Source: Sphaeroforma arctica JP610 (lineage: Eukaryota). From it: a DNA stretch of 39,308 bases. Positions 27,201 to 37,100 of the stretch are shown here, piece after piece. The position numbers and the translations under genes were made by a program. Each line of letters opens with the position of its first letter. The first letter of the stretch is position 1. Under the pieces are notes generated by a model, which saw only the letters and a list, made by a program, of their open reading frames with translations, was not told the origin of the DNA and did not search any database. The DNA lies in assembly GCF_001186125.1 (NCBI RefSeq), contig NW_014040342.1, forward strand, positions 72,962 to 112,269, read 5' to 3'.

Positions 27201-28717
27201 CGAGCTTTATGCCTCTTTTTCTCACGCCATGACATATTACACAAACCCCACACTATAGCGTTGCTTAGCATCATCCACCCCGTACCACTTACTGCATGAC
27301 GAATCTACCGTCTTTGTTTATTTGTCGAAGTGAGCTAGGTTGCGATACTCCCTCTACTTGCGGTGAGCTATACTCGCCTTTTCACTTCTGTACATATAGT
27401 ATCACATAATATCGCCTCCTAGTCTGCTCCTAGGTATCAGATAAGCATCGTACTGAACCGTGGTCCTCACGCTTATTGTCTCGTATATACTACTTCATGC
27501 ACCACATGTTTATTAGTCCCATTCACGTTCTCATGAGACACCTCCGACACCCATTTTACTATCAGCTACTATAATATTTACCGCTGATTTGACGATTCCA
27601 TGAGACATCTCGCAGATTCATTATTTTATCAGATACTACAGTATACTTCCATTTTTCGTTTGTTTCCTTCTACTTCCTCATGAGACATATCTCAACCCCA
27701 TTGTGCCCATATAGCAGCGCTTTCACATGTATTCAATTTGCATTCACGTTCTCATAAACTATCTTTCAACCCCATTCTGTTATCAGCGAGGCGTTACGGA
27801 TTATGCTCACCCGCGCGGCTGACAGATATGAGGATCTCGCAGCTGAACTGCAAAGTGTATGTTGGTTGCTATGTTGGTTACTATGTTGTTGCTGGATCTT
27901 CGGAATATCTTCACATCGTAAATTAATACAAAGCGTCCCATTTGTACGCAGGCACAAGTGACTTGTCATTTCAGTGTTTATAACTGCTATTGCGCTCTGG
28001 AAGTTTCAATCTATGTATACACAGCAGAACGTTACAAAGGCATTATACATGCAGTGCTTGAGTCTCGTAGTCTTTTAGTGTGTGATGCGGAGGCATTTGT
28101 ACTGTCGATCTTGCGTAAGCTGGATATGACTTGGTCTTGGGGGTTAGCCCGGCACTGCTCTCGATCTTGCACAAATTACCTTTTTTTTGTTGGTACAGCG
28201 TTCATTTCTTGGCACGCAAAGATTCGATTTGTAAATAAGTGATCAACGTTTTCCTTCGTACCTACTTCTAAATCACTAGCGCAGGGTGAACCATCTGATA
28301 AATGTCGTACTCCAATGTTACTAGCACATCTGCGTGTTGAGAAAGATAGATATATATATATATATATATATATATATCGCCTTTGGATTAATGACACACA
28401 GAATCGCCTCACTCTTTCAACAGCTTTGGAATACTCACCTTATCGCCTCTCTGCCAACAGCTTTGGAGGCAGATAGTTTCAAATATTTTTGATCAGAATA
28501 CGTATTAAACCTAAACTGGTATATTTATAGTTATCTGTCTGACAATGATCATCTACGTTATCATCTTATTTACACTCGATTTTTCACTTTATCACAGGGC
28601 CCGCCACTCGAAGCAATAGTCCCTGCGGATGTATTGATACCTCTTGTCTCGGCTAATCGTGGAACGCGAATGGTGAATAGACTTATATCCCAGTACTTAG
28701 ATGACTACGAGTGCTGA
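1279..28717 (+). CDS. NUP98: Nuclear pore complex protein Nup98-Nup96 precursor (multi-exon gene, ~2,260 aa)
   Basis: Manually spliced GT-AG exons with consistent phases: 1279-1341, 1954-2049, 2493-2702, [N gap may hide exons], 4098-4196, 4872-5075, 5595-5818, 6549-6615, 7140-7346, 7794-7922, 8680-8789, 9171-9632, 10003-10062, 10837-10933, 11455-11665, 12050-12137, 12884-13489, 13884-14030, 14337-14584, 15373-15470, 15973-16091, 17081-17265, 18171-18452, 19089-19420, 20261-20430, 20850-21020, 21356-21706, 22912-23165, 23338-23562, 24366-24550, 25168-25342, 25794-25948, 26140-26385, 26546-26843, 27787-27856, 28598-28717 (TGA). Domain order FG repeats / GLEBS / GLFG repeats / autopeptidase with HFSRYGL / Nup96 motifs is diagnostic. 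Confidence 0.95.
2730..3657. other. Assembly gap (N 2852-3590) flanked by (TA)n microsatellite, within a Nup98 intron
   Basis: 739 Ns bounded on both sides by TA repeats. Confidence 0.98.
4872..5075 (+). CDS. NUP98: Nup98 exon encoding the GLEBS (Rae1/Gle2-binding) motif
   Basis: Encodes GTGHTPFQQTEFIDGQTKFVHTNLCAMKAYENKCMEELRYEDYQAERK, matching the Nup98 GLEBS pattern (..ItAMkeYE.KS.EELR.EDY). TAG acceptor and GTATGT donor. Confidence 0.93.
5595..9632 (+). CDS. NUP98: Nup98 second FG/GLFG-repeat region (six exons) ending in a poly-Q tract
   Basis: Exons 5595-5818, 6549-6615, 7140-7346, 7794-7922, 8680-8789 and 9171-9632 encode GFG and GGLFG repeats. A CAG/CAA run near 9570-9605 encodes Q12. 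Confidence 0.9.
8056..8403. repeat. Intronic minisatellite, 50-bp unit x ~7
   Basis: Unit GTAAACCTATAACAGCCTTCCAAATTATGTTACACTCTACACTGTGCACT repeats at 8056, 8106, ... 8356 with few substitutions. Confidence 0.95.
9627..9760 (+). repeat. 39-bp tandem repeat (~3.4 copies) beginning at an exon/intron junction
   Basis: CAGCAG(G/T)TGTGTTTGTCAGGTGCATGGCATAGGTGTACC at 9627, 9666, 9705 and a partial copy at 9744. Confidence 0.9.
10302..10554. repeat. Intronic minisatellite, 28-bp unit x 9
   Basis: Head-to-tail CA(G/A)ATACAAGTCAAACACCTGCGTAGTA units with no spacers. Confidence 0.95.
12175..12350. repeat. Degenerate TATATGCGTGTG-type simple repeat
   Basis: Roughly 10-12-bp purine/pyrimidine-alternating units. 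Confidence 0.85.
12884..14584 (+). CDS. NUP98: Nup98 autopeptidase (Nucleoporin2 / peptidase S59) domain exons with the HF|S cleavage site
   Basis: Exons 12884-13489 (TRPSVEEM..LQRVDDFTL..HGKVVW..VDVT..LDSLVYF..CEVY), 13884-14030 (KPAKGMGLNGPARITLFDIWP) and 14337-14584 (YDWDSGRWSFDVNHFSRYGL). Predicted cleavage between Phe (14433-14435) and Ser (14436-14438). Confidence 0.95.
16092..16550. repeat. Degenerate ~39-bp intronic tandem repeat starting at the splice donor
   Basis: GTATGTTTGTATGTTTGTAGGTGTTGTCTTATGTTGTGTGTTATGCT-like units, about 11 copies. Confidence 0.85.
18171..28717 (+). CDS. NUP98: Nup96 moiety exons
   Basis: ARSFR|VGWGRNGMLV across the 18452/19089 junction, EQWMLVWTLVDALW, RDYRLATLVAQA, LSWKRAFAVQYWY, DILYHLM, LEMMGLWQWAVFVLLHM and IPQVWVDEAWAL all resemble conserved Nup96/Nup145C motifs. 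The last two short exons are less certain. Confidence 0.88.
19555..19840. repeat. (TATG)n microsatellite, 20-N gap (19764-19783), then (GTTA)n/(GTTT)n
   Basis: Read directly from the sequence. Confidence 0.95.
21698..22170 (+). repeat. ~100-bp degenerate tandem repeat (alternating units, ~200-bp higher order) containing the exon end and donor ATGAGTGAG|GTAT
   Basis: ATGA(G/A)TGAGGTAT recurs at ~21698, 21801, 21898, 21998 and 22095, each followed by similar TTTGTATTTT..GTACTGTA..TAGCTCA..TGTT sequence. Confidence 0.88.
22521..22840. repeat. Pentanucleotide satellite (TGTGT)n > (TGTAC)n > (TGTAG)n > (AGTAT)n
   Basis: About 45 TGTGT units, followed by single-substitution derivatives. Confidence 0.95.
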
Positions 28718-28822
28718 CGTACGATCAGTGGCACCAGCAGATCATAAGACTACATCAGGAAGCAGGAGTCTACTTCAGTGATCCTCGACGTATTATCGTT
28801 TCATTCTAGGCAATCTGTAGTT

Positions 28823-28828
28823 AATAAA
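28823..28828 (+). promoter_or_regulatory. Probable polyadenylation signal AATAAA of Nup98-96
   Basis: Canonical AATAAA ~105 nt after the predicted TGA stop at 28717. Confidence 0.45.
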
Positions 28829-28866
28829 AGATCGAAACTACTTGTTAGAATACAAACACTTGACTA

Positions 28867-29124
28867 AGAAAAATAGCTACCTACGATGTATGCAGAACAC
28901 TGCTACAAATGATTACAATATTGTAGTTATGTCGATGATACAATTAGCCGCTAGAATAGCTATAGTAAACATGTCGCAAAATCCCGATCTTGTATAGAAA
29001 AATAGCTACCTACGATGTATGCAGAACACTGCTACAAATGATTACAATATTGTAGTTATGTCGATGATACAATTAGCCGCTAGAATAGCTATAGTAAACA
29101 TGTCGCAAAATCCCGATCTTGTAT
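28867..29124. repeat. Perfect 129-bp tandem duplication downstream of Nup98-96
   Basis: 28867-28995 equals 28996-29124 (AGAAAAATAGCTACC...CCCGATCTTGTAT). Confidence 0.95.
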
Positions 29125-30160
29125 GTCTCGGCACCTGAGGGCCTAGGCGTAGTTGATACGTAATACACTCGTTTTATTTTGCCCTGCGGACTCAGAAATC
29201 TGACTTATGCGCGATTGCATCTAGCGACATTTACTATATCGCTCCGTGTAAATACGCTGAAACGGGCTGTCACGCAATTTCGGCAAAATATTACCATGCC
29301 ACTTGCGTAGGTTCACGACCCTTTCCCTTAAATTCTCAAGTGCCTACATATCACCATTTTCCCTTTGTAATACCGATTTCCATCTAAATCTTTCTTGTTC
29401 TACGTATACGAGTATTCACACATGCATCCATACCACACTCGGTTCGTTGGGAATATATTCGCCACGGACCAAAATTTGTCCTCATGTCCTGCATCAGCGT
29501 ACGTCTCTGCATCACAAGCGTTCGAATATTGTCACATGGTGGTCTACCGACGCTTCGCACCCCTCACATCTAAACAAGAGCATATATATTGTAACAAATA
29601 AACCATGTGGTATGTTTAGCGATCACTTCAAATGTCCGTAGCCGTACGCATATCATTCAGACATTTCAATCGACAGGGAAAACATACCGCTCGCATATTG
29701 GTCTGAAGTAGTATTTAGAAACCCTGACGCTAGCATATCTTAAAAATGTCGAGCATTGTTCAGGCAACAATCGAACTTTAAAAGTAGGGAGTGCTCAACG
29801 AAGTTCCTGTGGTATGTACTTTATTCTATGCTGTTTGTCACAAAGTTCAGAGATATGCAATTAGATTAAATACGGGGCGCACGATGATATCACGAGAACG
29901 CGGCTTGTTCTTCCTGTATTACACTATCCAAGACGGCCAATACTTTTGCGTATTGGTCCCCGGCCAAAATCTTAAGTTGAGTGTTTGTGTTCTCAATGTA
30001 ATCTTCGTGTACAGGCATGGGCTTTTCGTCCTCGGGTCTCGTTTCAGAACTCCGACGGCCGTATGCTCGAAAACTGTAAGTTTTATGCACAAATACTCCG
30101 TCAAACGACACGCGACGCGGACTGCCTTTTTCACGTTCTGATTGTGAGTTCTGTATTTCC

Positions 30161-31000
30161 TTAGTACTGTTCGCGTGTACGAACAGTAGAATCAGATAAA
30201 CACCTTTTGGTTACCTTTCTGGGGTGTTGTCTATTATGAAGCTGTGTTATCGTTAAACCCACCGACTGCGTTCTGTGTGTGGGTAAACTTGAGCACGGCA
30301 ACTCCGATACCGCGCAACAATTATTTTTTGCCTTTGAACCAATTTGAGCAGAAATAGCAAAGTCTCTCTGGTCAGAAGCTCGCACAGGAGCAGTCTTCAC
30401 GTTCTCGGTGGACTTCCGCGACAAGGGAGAGGGCTCGTGCCAGTCAAAGGATCCTGCACGACCAAATGAGAGTGGTGACGGCTTATCCTCGCAAATAGTG
30501 GACGCGAGTGAATGCACTGATTTAGTTACGTGGGTAAGCGGGGATCTTCCAGTACCGGGTGGGTAATGAATGATGAGTGGCGAGTCCAGCGAAGGCGCTG
30601 ACTGAGCAGCACATGGAGCCGAAGCAGGTTTTATGCTGAATCCCTCCGGGAAGAGAGCCGAGTTATTACGGCAGTTATGTCCAATAGCTCCGGCACAGTC
30701 GTTTGCCATCATTATCTGTCGGTGATGATATTTGTCCTCCCACCTACCAACGAGTTTCGATGTCAGTAGTAAGTTAAAATCATTTGGGTGGGCGACCATT
30801 GAAAAATCGAGACTCCCCATCCAAATCAGCCCGTTGTCAGAGTCGCCTAACTGTCCACTTTCTTGAGAAGCCGTTGTTGTCAGATCGATCATTTTGCTGC
30901 AACTTCCAATAGTCCGCTGATTCTGCGTCAAATTATGATTCCTACTGCTATACTCATCACTGGTCCGACATATTTTCCTTAGTGTTTTAAGTATAGCCAT
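30161..31000 (-). CDS. Hypothetical intronless protein, 279 aa, Ser/Pro-rich, no recognised domain
   Basis: 840-nt ATG-to-TAA ORF in non-repetitive sequence, far longer than neighbouring chance ORFs, with an AT-rich stretch directly upstream. No family recognised. Confidence 0.55.
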   Translation of the reverse strand: MAILKTLRKICRTSDEYSSRNHNLTQNQRTIGSCSKMIDLTTTASQESGQLGDSDNGLIWMGSLDFSMVAHPNDFNLLLTSKLVGRWEDKYHHRQIMMANDCAGAIGHNCRNNSALFPEGFSIKPASAPCAAQSAPSLDSPLIIHYPPGTGRSPLTHVTKSVHSLASTICEDKPSPLSFGRAGSFDWHEPSPLSRKSTENVKTAPVRASDQRDFAISAQIGSKAKNNCCAVSELPCSSLPTHRTQSVGLTITQLHNRQHPRKVTKRCLSDSTVRTREQY

Positions 31001-33074
31001 GATCAGTTCGTTTAAATTGAATATTGATGTAGCTTCGAGAATTGATGTACTTATATAGCTTTATAAAATAGTCGAATACTGTCCAGCTTGCTGTGTAATT
31101 CAAAATCAATAGATGGGGTTTTGCCGACATGCCTCGTGATGCGTAGGCAAAGGCGCAAAATGTTAAACCTAGAGAACTTCAAAAGACAACAAATCTCGCG
31201 TATTTTTATATAAAAAATACACTCTCGACTCTCGAGCTTGTTCGTTGTTTCCCTTGCAAATAATGAAAGAGAGCTAAACCAGCCAGAGCCGAGAGGCCAA
31301 TCAAATCTGCAGCTGCACTTGCGGAATCTGGAGCGCTCAGCGCTGAACGCTCAACGTAGGTTCCTGGCAGAATCCTGGAGCCCTGGAATGACCGAATGAG
31401 GAATCACTGAATCAGTATTATCAGTCATCAGTAAATATATCACTTGCAGTATTCACTAATCAGTAATCACAGAATCACTTAATCAGGAATTCCGAATCCG
31501 GAATCCAGAGTCGAATCCTAAACAGTAAACTAGAGAAAACTCTGTGAAACATATTTAAAAAACTTAAAAGTCTCTTATCTCGGTTACTCCTCTCGGACTC
31601 GGCCTCTCGGGACTCGGGCCCTCTAACCCCTAAACCCTAATCGACGGCTTGACGGGTGACCAGTCATGACTCATGACTCATGAGTTTCAAGTTTGAAGGC
31701 CCTGGCGGCTGGCCCCTGGGAGGCTGGGACCCGGAGGGCTGAGACTCTGAGACCTGAGACCTGAGACCTCTAAATACACACATATTTACATTTTTTCGCC
31801 ATTCTCTACATCCATCTCTATATATTGTTTTCAAAAGTAAATATGTAATAATAGACTATGACTATCTAATCTGTTATACTTATCAATGTATGTACTAAAA
31901 TCTATATACATATGTAGTCGTAGATTGTTGTAGAGTGTATTAAGAGGAGTGTCTAGAGAGAGAGTAAATACAGAATATAAATAAATAAAACTATGCCACA
32001 AATACACAACTAAACCCTAAAACTCTAATGTTCCCTGTCACCCACTGACACCCTCGACCACAGCCCACAGGTCATGGACCACAGACCACAGTTCAGTGGT
32101 TGCACTTGTTGTGTGTGGGGCCGTGGCCGCTTCCCAGTCCCCACTTCTGAAGTTCTTGAGACTGAGAGATTTTTTCTCGGACTACTCAGTTCTGACTTCA
32201 CACTTTTCAGTTTTCACTTCTCACTTTTCACTTTTGACTTCAGAGTTCCGAGTTTCAGTTCTAAACTCTCAGTTCTCAGTACAGTTCAGGCTGGAAGACT
32301 TCCCGCTTCCCACTTGCCACTTGCCACTGCAGACTCTGGCAGACTCCATCGCTCAGGGACTGTCTTACCGGGTTCAGAATTTATCTGGCAATCTGGCAAT
32401 CGGTGTGTGAATGTTTTGTGCGATTCTTCAGTCTGTGTCTGTGACCTGTGAGGCTGTGAGTGACCTAAGACTTCAGACCCCAGAGGCTAAAACCTGTGCA
32501 GGCTGTGACCTGACCTCGACCTGTGACCTGTGCAGGCTGTGACCAGACCTCAGACCTGTAATTTGTCAGGCTGTGACCTGTAGGCTGTGCGGCTGTGAGG
32601 CTGTGGGGCTGTGCGTGCGCTGCGCCCTGGGATTGTGACATGACTGTGTGCACTGTGCAGTTTGTGACCAATCGGGATTCAGTAAGTATTTGCAATTTAT
32701 TCCTAGAAAGCGACCTTTCACCTTTGGCCCTTGGGTGCCGGACTGCCGAGTGTCGCCTACCGAGTGCCGCCTGCCAGGCGGCCAGTCGTCAGTCGTGGCC
32801 TGCCTGATGCCTCGGGAGTCGGCTGGGAATCTCGGATCTGTTTACTACCTACTCAACACCGAGTCACAATGCAAATTGTCAATGAAGTTCAAAAATTGGC
32901 CGCCGGCACTCCCCGGCAGGCAATACATTTGTACATAGTTAGGTTACACACATTGATTTACTCTGGATGTGCAATAGAGTAAGCTTACTCTGATACATGC
33001 GACAAATAAAAGTATAAAGTTTTGAGCCTGTATAATGTTTTGTGAAACAACAGATAAAAATAGTAGCGGGTAGC

Positions 33075-33645
33075 CCCCACCGCATCGCCAATAACCACAC
33101 TGGTCTGTTCCATAATAGTATTTACTATCATTGATATCCGGCATGCTATGTCTTTCTGAGCTCCGCAAACAAACGACAAATGGATGCCTTTTTTCTTACG
33201 GCGACATGTCGTTGTTGTATACATAAGTGCCAGGCCAGCAGAAACTCCTGTGTCCCTGACTATTTGCTTTTAAAAGGCCTCGCTCAATGTCAAGTGCGAT
33301 ACTGCCTTTTAGTGTGTGATCCGATCATTCCCTTTTTTAGTCAACGACGACACTGACAACCCCACCGCATCACCACACAGATCTGTTGATAGTAATATGA
33401 CTATCACTGCCATCCGACATGCTACGCCTTTTGCGAGCTTTCCGCAAACAGACGACAAATAAATGCTTTATTTTATGGCGACATGTCACATACCAGGCCA
33501 GCCAAAACTATGGTGTCCCTGACCATTTATTTCAAGTCTCGTTTAATTTCAAGTGCATGCTGCCTCTTTATATTATTTTTTGAAATCTTCGAATTGAGTG
33601 TGATCCGATCATTCCCTTCTTAGTATACGACAGCACTGACAACAC
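33075..33645. repeat. Diverged ~285-bp intergenic tandem duplication
   Basis: Both units share, in order, CCCCACCGCATC, CATGCTA, CCGCAAACA.ACGACAAAT, GGCGACATGTC, CCAGGCCAGC, GTGTCCCTGAC, TCAAGTGC, GTGTGATCCGATCATTCCCTT and CACTGACAAC. Confidence 0.9.
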
Positions 33646-34107
33646 GACACTCATTGTATCTCTACAGCCAGGTGTACAGGTCTAGACTATGGATATACAT
33701 GTGACGATTCAATCTACTGTTTTCCGAGCGTGACTTTTTTGCATGTCATGGACAAGGATAAGATGATCCGCATTGAGATACCTCGTCAATAATACTATAA
33801 AATGCATTAATTAACATTGTAGTATGTAATGTCAAGCTTCGATTGAACGAGTCTTCAAAATAGAACTCAGTCATAGAAAGAAACTCTTAAGTATCGCGAT
33901 TGCATTCTCTCACAACAGAAATAGTGTCAGAATAGCCGATATCAGTGAATGAGATTAGCGTTTTTATGGTTCCTACAACAATCTACTATTGTTCTGTACC
34001 CTTCTCAAGAGTCTACACAAGAACTCATCCCATACATCAGGCATATAATTCCTTGCAATATTAAATCTTGACGCATGAACGCCCTTAAACCATATCCATA
34101 TTTAGGC

Positions 34108-37100
34108 TTAAAAACTCTTTTCCTCGATGAAGGTATTGAACAAAGCCAGAGCCGCTTCCGGTTGGTCCAGCGGAACCATATGTCTGTAAAAATAGAATAC
34201 AGTGTGTGGCGTAAGAAACGTATCTTCAGTTATCTGAATTTAAACTATATCAGCGCCACTTCGCAACAATAAGATCACACCACATGAAGAAGATCTTTGG
34301 AACGAGGCAGCCCGCTCTAAACCGAGAAGCGATTCGTAGATATTGATCTTAAGGGTTTGCGCAACTTACCCAGAATCATGCACGGTTAGGAAAGTGAAGA
34401 TGTCGAAGTTTTTCACGATGCCAGCCTCCTTCCCGGCAACAATGAAAGGGCGATCGACAGCGGCGTTCATACCAGCCTGTAGACGAATGGAGACATTGTA
34501 AAATTAGTCCATCTCGCACTATCAGCATTAGTTTTTCAGTTAATATGAAGGCGTCATGTGAAACATAAAGCATACAACCTGACCCACCTTTCCGTGCCAT
34601 GAGAGAGCGTCCACCCACGCCCTGTTACCCATCCAATTGCAGATATAATCGGCCTCTCCTGCATACACAAGCACTCGAATGCCTTCTTCCAACAGTAGGG
34701 TAACATTAGAAGCATAACTCGCCATCCTGTCAAACATGAACAGCTTCTCGAACTTGGGGGAGCATGGCTCCCAATCGAGTTCAGTCTCGACACCCAAACA
34801 TTCACGAATATAGTCGTTATTCAGGTACTCGTTCACGGCCTGTAGACGAGGTAAATTACAAATTGAGTACAGAGTTCGTTAAGTTTGTTACTAAGTTGGC
34901 TAGAAGTTAAATGCAAATGACGACAATTGAACCGAAATACTTACCGAAAAATCGTAGCAGAGTGGCTTGATAGTACCTGATAATGTGAGGAATACAAATA
35001 TTTTAATGAGCCTTCATGCGGAATAAATAATGCTGAATTGACGACAACTCAAGATCTACTTACATTTTTCTCGCACATCGTACTGATTGTAGTTTGCTTC
35101 ATGGATAGGGCCCATTGATCCCCCTGCGCACACTCCTAGAGTCTTCTCGCAGTCAGCGGGGTTGCTACCTCTCTGAACATGGATGCGCCGAGTATAGTAA
35201 AAGTATGTTGTTATTAGTAGCTGTATACGTGATATGAAAGGTCAATGCACAAAGGAGAGCTACATGGCAGAAGGTACTACGCAACATCCTCACCTTGCAG
35301 ACCCCGGTACTTATTTGCTTCAGGCATTCTTCAGAAGTTTTCTTCATATTCTCGTATGTGGTTTCATTGACAAGCCTGTTGTACGAGTTGTATTTGGCGT
35401 ACTCTGCGTACTGTGGCTCCTGCATCTCAGGGTCCACCATACCGTTTCCGATTCCAATACCCTTGAGGTTGATATCGGGATCAGACTTTATTTCGATGTT
35501 GTTCTTCTGAATCAATGACGATACAGCCGGCACGTAGTGACCACCATAGCTGTGTATCCGAGGCCGTATGGTGGCGTTACCAAGAAAAAAAAAGACAGTA
35601 AGTAGAGCGAGTAGAATACATGAGAAGAAGACTGAAGACAACAGTTCAATGGTCGTGCCTCAACTAAGTGGAAACATTGTCAACTTACGATTCTCCAAAG
35701 ACGTAGAAGTCGTTATCGCGCAGATTGGGGTTGGCGTTAAAAAATGCTTGCAAGAATGAATACATTTCAGGTGCTACGTCCCATTCACCAGTGTCGTTCA
35801 CAGGGCCCGTGCTGAAGCCTGAAGGTATCGGATCGAAGCAAAAATAAAAATAAAAATAAAACCCCCATCGGATTCACGGTGACATCATTGGCGATACACC
35901 CAAACGAAAATTCATGACGAAGATGCATGGTAAATCTTGGCATGTCTAGGCCGTCACTGAGAACAGTTTTGACTTCAGAACACCAACGAAGGTCTACGTA
36001 TTAAACAAGACGTATAAAACATGTGAGAATTTGTTCAACGACCAACCGCATACATCTCATAACAGAAACGTTGTGCCAGTATACATGTACACGAAAAATT
36101 AAAAACAGGTGGGTGGCTCCAGCATAACCGCATTGTTGGTGTAATACGAATAATCGGACACATTCAGCACAAAGTATCTTGCATCTACACTTGTTTTGGG
36201 ATTTTTCAAGATATCGGAAGGTGTCTATGTGATAGCCCCAACCTCCATTTGGCTCGATTGGAAACCATCTGGATGAAATCCATAGAAGTTGCAAATTTAC
36301 GAAAAATGCAAATTAAACAACTAACTTTCACTGTCTGTGCAACAACATACCAACTCCTGCAGGTTGATCGATATAGATCATATTTGCTCTCATGTTCCAT
36401 GAGTAGGGATTAGGGCGTGTTGTTTTCCTGTCGTCGTTGATCTGACAGGGTCCGTTCTCCATGAACAAGGCGATCTGGGAACTGCAACCGGGACCGCCTA
36501 CAAAATTGAGGATAATGATGAAAACAAAAATAAGCCAATGGCGTACGCGCCGGTGTTTATAGATAAACCATTAAAGGCAGCTTGATGAAATACGCAACGA
36601 AGGTACCACAGTCGATGATTGTGAGAGGTTCAACTGACGAAGTGACATGTTCGATGAAATAGAGCCCAAATTGAGTTGAATAACAGCAGAGGTGCGCTAA
36701 TACACGATCTACGTCAGCAGCAACCACATAAACACATCTTGTGCAATCTTAACAATGAGTATTTTCTGCAGTGTGCTGGATTTAATTAAGCTGGCAGCAC
36801 ATCTATTAATTTAATGACTCGAAAATAATTGGTGGCGGAATCCATTCTGTCAGCTCGAGCATACCTCGACTGTTCCGTTTAGTATGAAAAGGTATATACA
36901 TACATATCTAGAGTCTACCGAGCATTAAGCACAATATTTTGGGTAAGTAACGAAACAGAGATCACGTTGCTATAGCAAGAATTGACAATTACGTAACGAT
37001 AATACTTCCGCAAACGTATAACGCGACCTTACACGAACCTACCGGTCATCCAAAGCACCACGGGATCATTCTCAGGATCGTTTCTGCTCTCGAAAGCCCA

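Noticed and set aside
31623..31640. Telomere-like TAACCCCTAAACCCTAA (similar motifs at ~32011 and ~17776)
   Set aside because: Only about two imperfect units each, consistent with the local heptamer stutter. Too short to call an interstitial telomere.
32074..32982. Several 70-125 aa ORFs
   Set aside because: They lie in low-complexity stutter DNA, with no recognisable motifs or supporting splice structure.
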